A program made the translations under genes and the position numbers. Positions 1-12,619 of a stretch of 64,000 nucleotides of DNA are shown here, piece after piece. The stretch's first letter is position 1. Each line of letters begins with the position of its first letter. Under the pieces are notes generated by a model. It was not told the origin of the DNA. It saw nothing but the letters and a program-made list of their open reading frames with translations, and did no database searches. Origin of the DNA: Octopus sinensis (taxonomy: Eukaryota); assembly GCF_006345805.1 (NCBI RefSeq), contig NC_043010.1, forward strand, positions 26,412,001 through 26,476,000, written 5' to 3'.

Positions 1-113
1 CCTGAAGGCGTTTGTGATTTGTCTACCTTCCTACTGATTACGACTTTGGTTTTAGCTAGATTGACTCTGAGGCCCTTCGATTCTAATCCTTGTTTCCACA
101 CCTGAAACTTCTC
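1..113 (-). mobile_element. RTE-clade LINE RT fragment cut by the window edge
   Basis: Minus strand reads [38 protein letters not shown], matching the post-YADD region of the LINE at 38441-38550. Confidence 0.9.
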
Positions 114-532
114 ATATATATGTATATATGTGTATGTATATATGTATATATGTATACATGTATATGTATATGTATATATATATGTATATAGGTATATGTA
201 TATATGTATATGTATATGTATATATATATATGTATATATATATGTATATATATATTATATATATATAATATATATATACCAGGTGGTGCTATTAAGTTAT
301 ACATGGCCTGGGCCAATAATGGCCGAAACTATCAAAGTATCAAAGTATACATATATATATGTATATGTATATGTATATATTATAGTATATATATATGTAT
401 ATTATAATGCATATATTTATATGTATTATATATATAATATAATATGTATATATATATATATATATAGTATATATATATATATGTATATATATATATGTAT
501 GTATATATATATATATGTATATATATATATGG

Positions 533-579
<47 letters not shown>

Positions 580-701
580 TATGTATTATAATTATGTATA
601 TATTATATATGTATTATATATATATAGTATATATATATTATATATGTATATATGTATAATATATATATATATATATATGTATATTATATGTATATATAAT
701 A

Positions 702-750
<49 letters not shown>

Positions 751-2450
751 GTATATATATGTATATATATATGTATATATATATGTATATATGTATATAT
801 ATATGTATATATGTATAGTAATATGTATAATATATATGTATATATGTATATATATGTATATATATATATGTATATATATATGTATTATATATAGTATATA
901 ATATGTATATATATATGATATATATATGTATATATATGTATATATATATATATGTAATATATATGTATATTATATATGATATATATAATATATGTATATA
1001 TATATTGTATATATATATATGTATATATATATATATGTATATATATAATATGTATATATATATGTATATATATATGTATACATATATGTATATATATATA
1101 TATGTATATATATATATCTGTATATATATAATATGTATATTATATATATATGTATATATGTATATATATATATATGTATATATATATATGTATATATATA
1201 TATGTATATATATATATATGTATAATATATATGGTATATATTATATATGTATATATTATTATATATGTATATTATATATATGTATTATATATATATGTAT
1301 ATTATATATGTATATATATATATATGATATTATAATATATGTATATATATATGTATATATTTATATATGTATATATATATATAGATATTATATTATATAT
1401 ATGTATATATATATGTATATATATTATATATATATATATATATATTATGTATATATATGTATATGTATATATATATGTATATATATATTATGTATATATA
1501 TCTATTATTATATATGTATATATATATATATATTGTATATATATATAATATATGTAATATATATATGTATATGTATATATATATGATATGTATATCTATA
1601 TGTATATATATATATGTGTGTATATGTATATATATATGTCTATATATATGTATGTATATATGTATGTATATATATATGTATATATATGTATGTATATATA
1701 TATGTATATATATGTATGTATATATATATGTATATATAATGTATATATATGTATGTATATATATATGTATATATATAATGGTATATATATATGTATTATG
1801 TATATATAGTATGTATATATATATGTATATATATGTATGTTATATATATGTATATATATGTATGTATATATATATTATATGTATAATATATGGATATATA
1901 TTATAATATATATATGTATATATATAATGTATATATATAATGTATATATATATAATGTATATATGTATATATATATGAATATATATATATGATATTATTT
2001 ATATATGTATATATATAATGTATATTGTATATATATATGTATATATATATATGTATATATATATATGTATATATTATAATGTATATATATATATGTATAT
2101 ATATAATGTATGTATATATATAATGTATATATTATATGTATATATATAATGTATGTATATATATAATGTATATATATATATGTATATATATATGTATATA
2201 TATATATGTATATATATAATGTATATATTATATATGTATATATATATGTATGTATATATATGTATATATATATATGTATATATATATAATGTATATATAT
2301 ATGTATATATATAATGTATGTATATATATATGTATATATATATATGTATATATATATAATGTATATATATATAGTAGTATATGTATATATATATATATAT
2401 ATGTATACATGTATGTATATATATATATTATATATATATATATATATGTA
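113..2450. repeat. ~2.3-kb degenerate (TA)n/(TATATG)n microsatellite
   Basis: Almost only A/T with periodic G; one unique 67-bp island at ~279-345. Confidence 0.98.
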
Positions 2451-2651
2451 ATAGAAATATGTTACAAAACGAAAATAGAAACTACACATGGTAATGTAGG
2501 GGGAAAGTAAGAAAAATCAACGAAAATGCACGTTGTAAATAAAAAAGTAAAGGCTTTTTATGAAAAGTAACGAAAGATATATACAATTAGATGAACTGAA
2601 GTAGGAATAAAAGTAATGAAAGTCATTATTGTTAGATTATTAAAGAGATTC

Positions 2652-2689
2652 AAGCATACCGCGGTTTCGTAAGTTAGTATTCATTGCTT
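2652..2689 (-). ncRNA. Minimal type-I hammerhead-like motif, A3-U8 core variant, defective stem II
   Basis: AAGCA-AUGAAUA-CUAACUUAC-GAAA-CCGCGG-UA/UGCUU: 5-bp stem I, palindromic stem III, GUA triplet; ~190 nt downstream of a Penelope GIY-YIG stop. Confidence 0.6.
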
Positions 2690-2876
2690 TGAATGCACAC
2701 CGGTTAATGAACGCTCAGGTCTAATAGTTCCCGAGTAAAAAGATTATTTGTAAGGGAGGCAAGTAGTTCTGGAGTTGGTGCAATTAGGTTAGATATAGAA
2801 TTGTAATGTGAATGGTGTAAGGGATGTATGGAGGTTAGTGGTATTAACTGAAAGGTTAGTAGTGTTCTGTATTATG

Positions 2877-3130
2877 TTATGTTTTCATATTTAGTTGGGG
2901 AAGATATTTATTGATGAAAGTTGCCTCTTTATTCATTCTTTGTTGCATTGAGGTGTTCTGTGAACATTGATAGAAGGGGAAAATTTGGAAATTATGATTA
3001 AGATTCCTAGCACACCTTTCTATGTGTTCATTAACCTGTAACGGTCTGTATTGTGGGTGCGGATTTGTTCTTTGTGGATAGTCGTTCTTTGACGGAGTGA
3101 TATTCCTGTTTGCCCAATATAGTTGTTACC
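2877..3130 (-). pseudogene. Penelope-like element GIY-YIG endonuclease C-terminus (frameshifted, 5' truncated)
   Basis: Manual translation GNNYIGQTGISLRQRTTIHKEQIR / HPQYRPLQVNEHIERCARNLNHNFQIFPFYQCSQNTSMQQRMNKEATFINKYLPQLNMKT*; YIGQT, R..H and E..FI...P.LN motifs. Confidence 0.85.
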
Positions 3131-3135
3131 ACATA

Positions 3136-3174
<39 letters not shown>

Positions 3175-3182
<8 letters not shown>

Positions 3183-3481
3183 AAAGGGCTTAGTAAAATA
3201 AATTACTTTGCCGCATACTGAACTCATTAGAATAGCAGCTAAAAAACTTTTTTAAGCTATTTCTAATACTTAACGAAAATCTCTCTCATATATAGTGTTT
3301 GCTTAATTCAACTCACAAAAGTTTGGGGGTAACTTTTGTGAGTTGAATTAAGCAAACACTATATATGAGAGAGATTTTCGTTAAGTATTAGAAATAGCTT
3401 TAAAAAAGTTTTTTAGCTGCTATTTCTAATGAGTTCAGTATGCGGCAAAGTAATTTATTTTACTAAGCCCTTTTATATAAT
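3175..3481. repeat. Foldback inverted repeat (arms 3175-3323 / 3331-3481, 7-nt spacer)
   Basis: Arms are reverse complements apart from ~2 single-base indels. Confidence 0.95.
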
Positions 3482-3606
3482 GTAATAATTTGAATTCGCC
3501 TTGAATGGTCCCTTTGCATACTGAACACTTGGTGAAATTGATTAATAATTAATCAATTTTGCCCTCAATTGTTGAAAATATATATATATATATATATATA
3601 TACTGC

Positions 3607-3893
3607 TGTGTCTGGGGAGAGTCATTCTCTTTTAGTACCTTATTATTTAACACACTCACCGGTAAAATTTCCCTTATTTCGTCTTTTTATTTTCCTAAAA
3701 TTTTCGTTGCGTCTTGCAACCTTTTCAATAGTCTTGACTCTGTCTGTTATTTACGGACAGAGTCAAGACTATTAAAAAGGTTGCAAGACGCAACGAAAAT
3801 TTTAGGAAAATAAAAAGATGAAATAAGGGAAATTTTACCGGTGAGTGTGTTAAATAATAAGGTACTAAAAGAGAATGACTCTCCCCAGACACA
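3607..3893. repeat. Foldback inverted repeat (138-bp arms, 11-nt spacer), probable inverted PLE pLTR
   Basis: 3607-3744 vs 3756-3893 with 2 mismatches; each arm carries an HHR-like motif. Confidence 0.9.
3695..3731 (-). ncRNA. Minimal type-I hammerhead-like motif, U3-A8 core variant
   Basis: CUA-UUGAAAA-G-GUUGC(AAGAC)GCAAC-GAAA-AU-UU/UAG; mirror copy at 3769-3805 (+) carries G5A. Confidence 0.55.
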
Positions 3894-4109
3894 ACAGAAT
3901 ATGCTTCAACAGACGAACTCATATAAAGAATCTTGCAAACCAAATCCAAAAACGAAATATATATATATATATATATCCACACACAAGTATGTATGTTTAT
4001 GTGTGTGTTTGTGTTTTTTGTGTTGACATCATATAATAGTTGTAAAAGAGTATCACTGTTATACAGGCAGTGTCCTTTACTTGCAATATTCTGCAAAAAC
4101 TTGTCTGGC

Positions 4110-4480
4110 CATGGAGAGATATGATGTTGCTTAGAAACAGGTGAGGGTTGGTAAGAGGAAAAGCAACCACCTGTAGAAAAATCTGCCTCAATAATTTCCG
4201 TCCAACCCATGCTATCATGGAAAAGTGGACCTACTCATGAAATTAATGTGTGAGTGACTGAGGACTCTACAGACTTGTGTACCATTAACGTAGTTCTCCG
4301 AAAGGTTCAGCGTGGCACAGAATGTGATAAGGCTGGCCCTTTCAAATATCGGTACTGTTCACTTTTGCCACCTGAGTGAACTAAAACAACGTGAAATAAA
4401 GTCTTGCTCAAGGACACAACGCCTCATTGGGAATTGAACACCTGATCCGAATATCCCTAACCACTGAGCCACGTGTCTTC
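4110..4480. mobile_element. SINE fragments (RTE-tail type on +, tRNA/CORE-like type on -)
   Basis: ccaacccatgctatcatggaaaagtggac tail; ttgctcaaggacacaac core in reverse. Confidence 0.7.
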
Positions 4481-5472
4481 GCTTATAATAATATATATAA
4501 TTAGAATTTTTAAATTTCTGAAATTGAGAAGAAAACCTGAAGTAGGTATTGTTTAAAAAATACCAAATCTTTTTTTCCTTTTGTCACTGTGGATTGAACG
4601 GTCTGCATTGTATACCTCTTAATGACTGTGTTGCTAATGGAGTAGTCTAATTCAGGAGACACCCCATTAGCAACACAGAATATCTTCCTAATTAGTTGAT
4701 AAAAAGGTGGAATAACATTGTTATGTGGCTATTTTTATTGTTATTTGATCTTAAAAATAATCATGTTTAAAAGCAGTATTTTAAATTACCTTTGTGTATT
4801 GTTGGTTTTATTACGGTAGCAGTATAAACTCAAATATGGAACAAAACAGAGCGATGGTGATGGTGGTGGGGAGTACATTTTTTTTTTTTTTTAAAGAAGT
4901 TGCTGGGGGTAAATGGAATGAATAGGGTTAAGAACGCCTGGTTTTAGACATATCAGGCAAGGACGGATGTGGTGGATGACATACAGAAAAAAAATTTCAT
5001 ATGCCTTGCGATACATTACAAAGAATAATAATGACCTCGTCCCCGCCCACTCCGCAAATAAAATAAATTCAGAAAACATCCGTAAAAATATTGAAATCGT
5101 AAAAAAAAATCAAAGCAATCCAGAAAAATACAAAAATGGAGTTGGATATTCCGAATAAGTGAAATGGATATGTGATTTAGCTGTTCCATCACCACTGCTG
5201 GAAGCTATTCATCTACTGCTAATCAACTTCTGTGATTTTTCGCACTATGCATCTATAAGAAAAGCTTTCTCAAGATGAATATCACAGTGTTGTGGATTTC
5301 TTTTAGTAAAATATGCAAAGTTCTATTCTGGACCAATGTTGCTTCCATCGTTAAAAAATGAATTTTTACCCATCCTGCCAGTCATTTGCGACAGCAGTGG
5401 TTTGTTAATCACTGTTTTGCTTTTCAGTAAAGGCTAACTTTGCCTAAGCATGCAATTATTGGTGAATACTTA

Positions 5473-5511
5473 CTACTGATGATGTGTAAAGGCACAGACA
5501 TCATGGTTTAG
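5473..5511 (+). ncRNA. Degenerate hammerhead-like motif (A14C)
   Basis: CUA-CUGAUGA-UGUG(UAAAGG)CACA-GACA-UCAUGG-UU/UAG; GAAA mutated to GACA. Confidence 0.4.
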
Positions 5512-5759
5512 CTTTTCGACTTACAATGCTTTTTAGCACTGTATGTCCATACAAGAAACTTTCTCCGGACAAATACTGCAGTTTTGTGGCTTTCAATTTT
5601 ATAAGCATGGTGAGTAAGATATATAGAATGTTAATCTTAGCCAATACTGCTTCCGGTGTTAATAACTAATTAAATGTCATTTTTATAGGTTATTCAGGAT
5701 GGCGAGCTGACAGAATAATTAGCATACTGAGCAAGATGCTTGGTGGCATTTTGTCCATC

Positions 5760-6750
5760 CACCCCTGTGGGCTATCATCTGAACGTTGGTTGGGGTATTT
5801 GCGTGCTTCACTGACCTGAAGAGCTATGCAGTCCAGTCTTGTACTCCTGATAGGTTCACCCAAGGCGGTAAGGTCAACGGGTAAAAGTCAGACAAAGAAT
5901 AGTCCACTGGTCCTCCATGTTGGGAGTTGAGCAATGGGCTAATAACCCATTTTTGTAAAAAAACCCATTTATTACAGAAACCAGAACCGCTCAAAGAGAA
6001 AGTTCATACTGCACGAAACCAAGCTTTGAAAATGAGACTTGACCAGTACCAGATGACGATAACATCAGATTCTTGGATGACCAGGGCACAATGACGTTGT
6101 TGGACCAAAGCCACAGAAGTATTAAATAGACACCCACCCAATCCAGTGGAAATTGAAAATATTGTAATTTCAGAGGTGGCATCCTTTGACACCAGCCCTG
6201 CAAGCAAAACAGAAATCAAGAATGTAATCAGAAAATTAAAAGATGGAAAGGCAGGAGGAGTTGATATGTTAACACCAGAGTTATTGAAGGCAGACATTGA
6301 AACATCCACAGACAAACTGCACAGCATCATGAATAATATTTGGGATCAAGAGAAAATACTTCATGACTGGAAGAAAGGACTGATTGTCAAGTTACCAAAG
6401 GATGGAGATCTATTTGAATGTGGAAACTGGAGGGGAATAACACTTCTACTTATAGCAAGTAAAGTGCTAGGAAGAATCATAATTAAAATGGTATTGATAA
6501 AAAGCCCAGACCCAAACAAGTAGGCTTCTGCGAAGGTAGAAATACCGCCGAACAAATATTCATCTTGATAAACATTATTGAACAGTGCTTAGAATGGCAA
6601 TCTTCATTCTATATAAACTTCATCGACTTCGAAAAAGCTTTCGATTCAGTTCATAGGACAGTTTATGGGAGATCATGAGGCAGTATGGCTTACCAAGCAA
6701 AATTATCAACATAGTCAAATTAATGTACAAAGATGCTGAATGTGCAATAC
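5760..6750 (+). mobile_element. RTE/BovB-like LINE, internally deleted (5' UTR plus RT N-terminal part)
   Basis: ORF 6146-6523 KAGGVD..PELLK..DWKKGLIVKLPKDGDL..CGNWRGITLL; continues after a frameshift as QIFIL..IIEQCLEWQ..FIDFEKAFDSV. Confidence 0.9.
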
Positions 6751-6759
6751 CCCTACTTC

Positions 6760-6905
6760 TACCTGAAATTCTTCAACTGGTACTTATTTAATTGACTCCG
6801 CAAGGATGAAAGGCAAAGTTGACCTTGACGGAATTTGAACTCAGTACGTAACTGCCGACGAAATACTACTAAGCATTTCGTCCGGCATGCTAACGATTCT
6901 GCCAG
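6760..6905 (-). mobile_element. tRNA-derived SINE (family S1; conserved gcctttcatcc...taagtaccag core, Deu/Nin-like)
   Basis: aaggatgaaaggcaaagttgacc...gaatttgaactcag in reverse orientation. Confidence 0.85.
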
Positions 6906-7719
6906 GTCACTGCCCTCTAGCTGGTCCACATTAATTTGTAAGGAGCATAAGGCCTGTTTCCCTGTTTCTCTGGCACATATATTCCTCCCCAGACAAGACG
7001 CCAGTCCATTGCAAGATTACTCATCTTTTCCAGTTGAGTGGAATGGAACAACTTGAAATGAAGAGTATTGCTCAAGAATGCAGCGCATCGGCCAATCCAG
7101 GAATCGAAACCATAATCTTACAATCATGAGTCCAACACCTTAACCATCAAGAGACATGCCTCCACTTGACGGAGTTGTAGATGACGATAATAAGCATTAA
7201 AAAAAAAACTCAAATGCAAATGAAACGATATCCAAATATGCCACTTCGTTCCCTCATAGCTTTCTTTAAAATGTATATTTTTTATTGAAATTTAGGAGTT
7301 AGTTTCGCAACCATGTTATTTCGGATTTAGTTCCACTATTTAGCACTTCAGGCAAGTGTCTTTTGCTGTAGCCCCAGGCCCTCTAAAAACCTTGAAAGTG
7401 GATTTGGAGCAGAAACTGAAAGAAGTCCATCATATGTGTAATTTTTAATCCCCCACAAGGGGCTGACATAGACGAGACAAACACACAGGTGGAGACAATC
7501 AACACATGGAAAAATGGGAAAATGAAATTTTACAATGAAGGTGAAACGGCCACCCTGATCCTGCTCCGTGATGGTTATGTGATTTCAATTAAAGAGTCTT
7601 TAACAGTTCTTTATAATTAATCTTAACTTACCACTTTATGTTACTTTAAATGTCCTCATAGTTCACCACTGGAATGCTGGGTTTTATACTCACCTCGGAG
7701 CCCCAGTGAATTTATCCAT

Positions 7720-7789
7720 CATGTGTGTGCGTGTGGGTGTGTTTGTGTTTGTGAGTATGTGTGTGTTTATGCATGCGTGCATGCATGCT

Positions 7790-7836
<47 letters not shown>

Positions 7837-8031
7837 ATGTGTGCATGTGTGTGTGACCGTGTCTTGATACCCTTTGATAGTTGTAAGTAAGTATGTTGAT
7901 AGTTGGGTGATATTTAGTTTTATGTGGTAATCTATTTTTATTCTTAAGTTTTCTGTCAATGATTTTTTTGGCAATCTTCGATTTTAGGTGCGTATTTCTC
8001 ATATTTTTGGTGGATTGACAATGATCAAAAA

Positions 8032-8082
<51 letters not shown>

Positions 8083-8085
8083 AAG
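7720..8085. repeat. (GT)n and polyA-(GA)n microsatellites
   Basis: Direct reading. Confidence 0.9.
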
Positions 8086-8517
8086 AAATCAGAGTGGAGG
8101 ACACAACTGAGTCCAAATAGCGGCCAAAGATTAGCTATTATCTGCTACGTTCGGATTTATGTATATATAATAATGGGGAGAGAAATTTCACTAGAGTGTA
8201 CGCTACGGGTGATATTAGGTGGTTTTTCCTATAACGGTTTACCAAAAAACTTTCGTTGGATTTTTAAAGACTTAACTGATTCACGGTTATCAAAGTTTAC
8301 TTTTTGATTAATGGATTAACGGTTAACAAAGGTAACTTTTCGATTAATGGTGCCCACCTTTGTTAATTCCCTAACCATTGCAGGAGCTCATTTACAGATG
8401 AGTAGACTGAGGCAACGTAAAATGAACTGTTTCGCCCAAGAAAACGCCGAAACCACCCGAACAGAGAATCGAAACCACAATCTTATGATAGTGAATGCAA
8501 CAATCTGACCACTAGGC

Positions 8518-8682
8518 CAGTGGTTCTCAATCTTTCCACTACCAAGGACCCCTTTTATTGAAATGAGTTTTCCCATGGGCCCCAGGATATTGCAAGGTCT
8601 GTCAGCTTAACACACTGACGGATCCCCAGTACTACCTTTGCGGACCACCAGGGATCCGCGGACCACAAGTTGGGAACCTCTG
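8518..8682. mobile_element. hAT (Charlie-like) MITE nested in a SINE
   Basis: TIRs cagtggttctcaa / ttgggaacctctg; near-identical 8-bp TSD cactaggc / ccctaggc. Confidence 0.85.
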
Positions 8683-8699
8683 CCCTAGGCTATGCATCT

Positions 8700-8960
8700 T
8701 TTACTACCTCCACCTTAGCAAAGGTGGAGGTATTGTTTTCAGTCGTGTTTGTTTATTTGTCTGTCCGTGGACAAGATATCTCAAGAACCACTGGATGGAT
8801 TCGAATGAAATTTTTAGGAATGTTTAGCCTTGTAACTGGCATGAACTGATTAGATTTTGGGATCGATCTGGTACTGGACAAGGATTCTGGATTATTTCCC
8901 TGTTTTTTACTTAATTTTTGTGAGTGGTTGAGTTCATCTTTAGTATTCTCATTTATGAGA
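8700..8960 (+). mobile_element. Helentron-associated non-autonomous element (HINE/DINE-like) end
   Basis: Hairpin acctccacc...ggtggaggt followed by gttttc..gtttgtctgtcc..tggatggatt..atgaaa; reverse copy at ~49180-49535. Confidence 0.65.
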
Positions 8961-9981
8961 GCAGTCGAATTTATTTCTTTTTAAAAATCATCTCTGGCTG
9001 TTGGTGTTACCTTAGCAGAGGTTTTCACTCTCTGAGTGGTCTTGTTTATCATTTATTTTTATCTGTTATTTATTTTAGTCATTGGACAGCGGCCATGCTG
9101 GAGCGCTGTCTTGAAGAGTTTAGTCGAAAAAAATCGACCCCAGTACCTATTTGTTTTTAAAGTCTGGTGCTTATTCTAACAGTCTCGTTTTGCTGAACTG
9201 CAAAGTTACAATGACATAAACAAACCAACACCAGTTGTCAAGTGGTGGTGGAAGACAAACACCAACACTAACGCAAAGAAACACGTGTGTGTGTGTGCAC
9301 ATACATAGGCAGAGGTGTGGCTATGTAACAGGAAGTTTTGCTTCCCAACCACACATATCTGGATTCAGTTACACTGTGTGGTGGGCGTCTTGGGCAAGTG
9401 TCTTCTGCTATAGCTCTAAGCAAACTTCTTGCTTCACAATCACAAAAAAAACACGATATGTAAATCGCTGTAAAAAAAGGGAAAATTATGACTTTTACTG
9501 ATTCATAATTTGAAACATAAATTAGTTGTTGAAAAATTTGATCATTTCTACCTCCACCCGTCTGTATTTAGGACAGTCTGGCAAATTGTGCAAGTATTTC
9601 TACTGCTGCATGGAACGGAATTAAATAAACATTAATAAACTAATAAAACGCTTCAGTTGTACAATTATGCATTTATTGTTGTTGCTTGACACCCAGTTAT
9701 ATCCACGACCAGCAAAAACAGACTCAATTACGTATTTTAAAAAGTTTAAAAAGACTTTGTTCAATACACACGTCAGAAACGTTTATTGCCTGTTACATGA
9801 GAAAATTTAATGATGTTCGTGCTGTCATGTAATGTTATATTATCTAAAATGTTTATTTATCGTTTTATCGTTTAAACTACACAGGTCACATTAGTCTGTT
9901 AAAAAAATGAGCACAAAAAGCGTATATATATGTTTACTGACATTGTATATGTGTGAGTGTGTATGTATGTATGTATGTACG

Positions 9982-10897
9982 TACGAAGGGGTGTTCATTG
10001 AAAGTTTCCCCTGACCCTCTTTTCAAGGACTGAGATAAACATAACTTGGCATTATGATTTGTCCTTCTTCACATGGCCACCACCAATGGTGACACACTTC
10101 TCCCATCACTTTGTGCAGCTGTGAAGACCTCGTCTATAGAAGTCGGTAGGTTGCGTCTGGAACCAAGACTTTACCTTGGAAATAAGTTCATCATCATCTG
10201 AAAAGTGCTTCTCCCTAAAAAAGATTTCATTATTAGAAGAGGTGGAAGTGGGATGGTGCAAGGTCTGGAGAGTAAGGGGGATGAGGAAGGATTTCATGTG
10301 CATTGTGAACTGGGGCATTGTCTTGGAGGAGGCAGACTCCTTTGGTCAGCATGCCGCGCCTCTCTGCTTTGATAGCATCCCACAATTTCTGCAGCAGAGA
10401 AGCATAATATGCCTCATTAATTGTGGTGCCCTTTGCCAGAAAATCCATCATCACTACTTTGCGCTGGTTCCAAAAGACTGTGAGCATCACCTTGCCTGCT
10501 GAGGGTTGGACACAAGCCTTCTTTAGAGGTGGTGAGTTATCATACTTCCATTGCTTCAACTAGACTTTAGTCTCAGGATAATTTGTGATGACCAATGTTT
10601 CCAGTCTGCTTAAAGTCCTCCTCGTTTTCTTGACACATTGCCAAAAGTGCCTGGAAGCAATTGACTTGTTCCTGCTTCTGAAAAGGTGTGAGCATCCGGG
10701 GAATCCATTGTGCAGACAACTTCTGCATATGCAAATGGTCGTGAATGATTTTTTCCATGGACCCTACATTTATCTTCACTTCTTGGGCTACTTGCCGAAT
10801 AGTTATGTGGCAATCCTCCAAAATGGCAGCTTCCACTTAATGGATGGTTTCATCATCAATGGTGGAATGTGGCCATCCAGGAATAGGAGCAGTTTCC
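9982..10897 (-). mobile_element. Mariner transposase pseudogene with one TIR
   Basis: WIPRMLT, QPSAGKVMLTVFW, LLQDNAPVH, HPPYSPDLAPS motifs (ORFs 10573-10836, 10233-10559); TIR tacgaaggggtgttcattgaaagt at 9982. Confidence 0.92.
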
Positions 10898-10946
10898 ATT
10901 AATGTCCAATTATCTTCCTTTTCTCTTGGAATTTCCTCCATTTCCT

Positions 10947-10981
10947 GTTTCTGAAGAAGAGCTTTGTTCAAAACATAAGAC
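10947..10981 (+). ncRNA. Degenerate hammerhead-like motif in pLTR-like repeat
   Basis: GUUU-CUGAAGA-A-GAGC(UUU)GUUC-AAAA-CA-UA/AGAC; G12A and G16.2A are CpG-type decays. Confidence 0.55.
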
Positions 10982-11391
10982 TACCTTTCTTTTCTTCCCT
11001 GAGTTTCTGCTAATACTTTGCCTGTACCACGTCCTCATGTTGTTTTTTTTCTTGTGTTTGTTCTTCGTTTTTTTTTATTTACTATACACACACACTCACA
11101 CACCTATATTTATATATGTTTGTATAGACAACAGGTTTCTACCCAGTTTCCAGCTACAGGCATTGGTTGGGCAAGGGCTTCAGTAGAAATTACCTGCTCA
11201 AAATGCCATGCAGTAGGATTGGATCCAAGACTTAGTGGTTGCAAAGCAAACTTCTTAAGCACTCCACCCATGCTTGCACTTATAAACACCCTTAAAATTA
11301 CATACAATCTCTTTGATGATTACATATAAACTAGGAAATTACTATTTTTTATTCTCACAATGTGAGATATTCAGCAACAGTACTTTCTAGT

Positions 11392-11672
11392 AAAGATTAT
11401 TTGCCAACATAACATGGTTTAGGACGAATGTTGCTGTAATTTAGCCTCAGGAGACATCATCTCCAGCTGGCTATACAACATGATCTGTGTCCTTATACTT
11501 TCGAACACAGATATAGTTTTGAGCTGAGTGGGAGTGCTAAATTCCCTTGTTCGAAAGTATAGGGACACAGATCATGTTGTATAGCCAGCTGGAGATGATG
11601 TCTTCTGGGGCTAAATTACAGCAACATTCATCCTAAACCAGGACTGCCATGTTATGTTGGCAAACAATCTTT
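11392..11672. repeat. Imperfect inverted repeat (~115-bp arms), MITE-like
   Basis: aaagattatttgccaac...tactttcgaaca vs tgttcgaaagta...gttggcaaacaatcttt. Confidence 0.8.
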
Positions 11673-11744
11673 GTTACATATAAACTGTTTGTGTGAAATA
11701 TATGAAATATACACAGATAGGGAAGAATAACATCTATTCATTTG

Positions 11745-11860
11745 TAGAGGCACATGGCTAAGTGGTTAGAGTATTGCTCTCACGATCACAAGATTGTGGT
11801 TTCAATTTCTAGACTGGGTGGTGCATTGTGTTATTGAGCAAAATACCTCATGTCACAGAA
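11745..11860 (+). mobile_element. tRNA/CORE-like SINE head (family S3)
   Basis: gaggcacatggctaagtggttag A-box, gtttcaatttc B-box-like, gttattgagcaaaatac core. Confidence 0.75.
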
Positions 11861-12150
11861 TCTGCAAAATTGGCCTTAAGAGCTTATAGTCTGTGAAGGG
11901 CCTTTAATCCTTTCTTATTTTTTTTTTGCTCATTCCTAATACATTCTGATAGATTCAAACATAAGTACCTAATTTTTATTGCTTTTTGTTATCAAATTAC
12001 ATCTCCCTTTAGACATTGTGTGTCCATAACACACACAATTTACTGGAGTAGAGGGACTTTGAGATACGGCAGGGTTTTGACCTTTTTGTGTGTCTCCTTA
12101 GTCAAAGCTATCTACCAGACCAATGAACCTAACAAGAGTTATAGCCACTG

Positions 12151-12357
12151 TTTATAGAAATCAGCAAACAAATTTTTTGCTGATGTATGCTGGTGTCTGC
12201 CAAACAAATTATAATTCATGGGGAGCACACAGAACAGCATGAATAGGTATGTTATTGTTTGAAGTTTTGTGGTTCTGACTGCACTCCCCATGTATTTTAA
12301 TCTCTTTGGCAGACATCAGCACACATCTGCAAATATTTTGGTTGCTGATTTCTATAA
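12151..12357. repeat. Imperfect inverted repeat (~73-bp arms), MITE-like
   Basis: ttatagaaatcagc...catggggag vs ctccccatg...gctgatttctataa. Confidence 0.7.
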
Positions 12358-12619
12358 ACAAGAACCTGTACCCTCGTTTTGACCATTGGTCCAAATGAGA
12401 CGCACAATCAGGTTGAAACACTGCAATGTTTCAAACATGCATCATGTAAAGGAAGGAGGTATTCTCTGATGATGGAAAACAATAATGATCAGATATTCCT
12501 GTTCATGTCTGTCAGGACATATTGAGAATGAACAGATACATTGTTGTTTGGATACTCACTATTCTGTTTGCATTTCATGATAAAAGTAAAACAGTTCCCT
12601 TGAAAATAAATTACACAGG

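Noticed and set aside
83-2510. Many long Y/I/M/C-rich ORFs (also 23830-24423, 35783-36189, 43137-43766)
   Set aside because: Translations of TA/TATG/TACA microsatellites that lack stops; not genes.
5770-5950. HDV-like or twister ribozyme in the RTE 5' UTR (ends GGCUAA + hairpin)
   Set aside because: I could not assign consistent P1/P2/P3 pairings by hand; it needs an Infernal search.
9765-9790. CAATA..GAAACGTT..TATTG partial hammerhead
   Set aside because: The CUGANGA-type core and stem II are absent.
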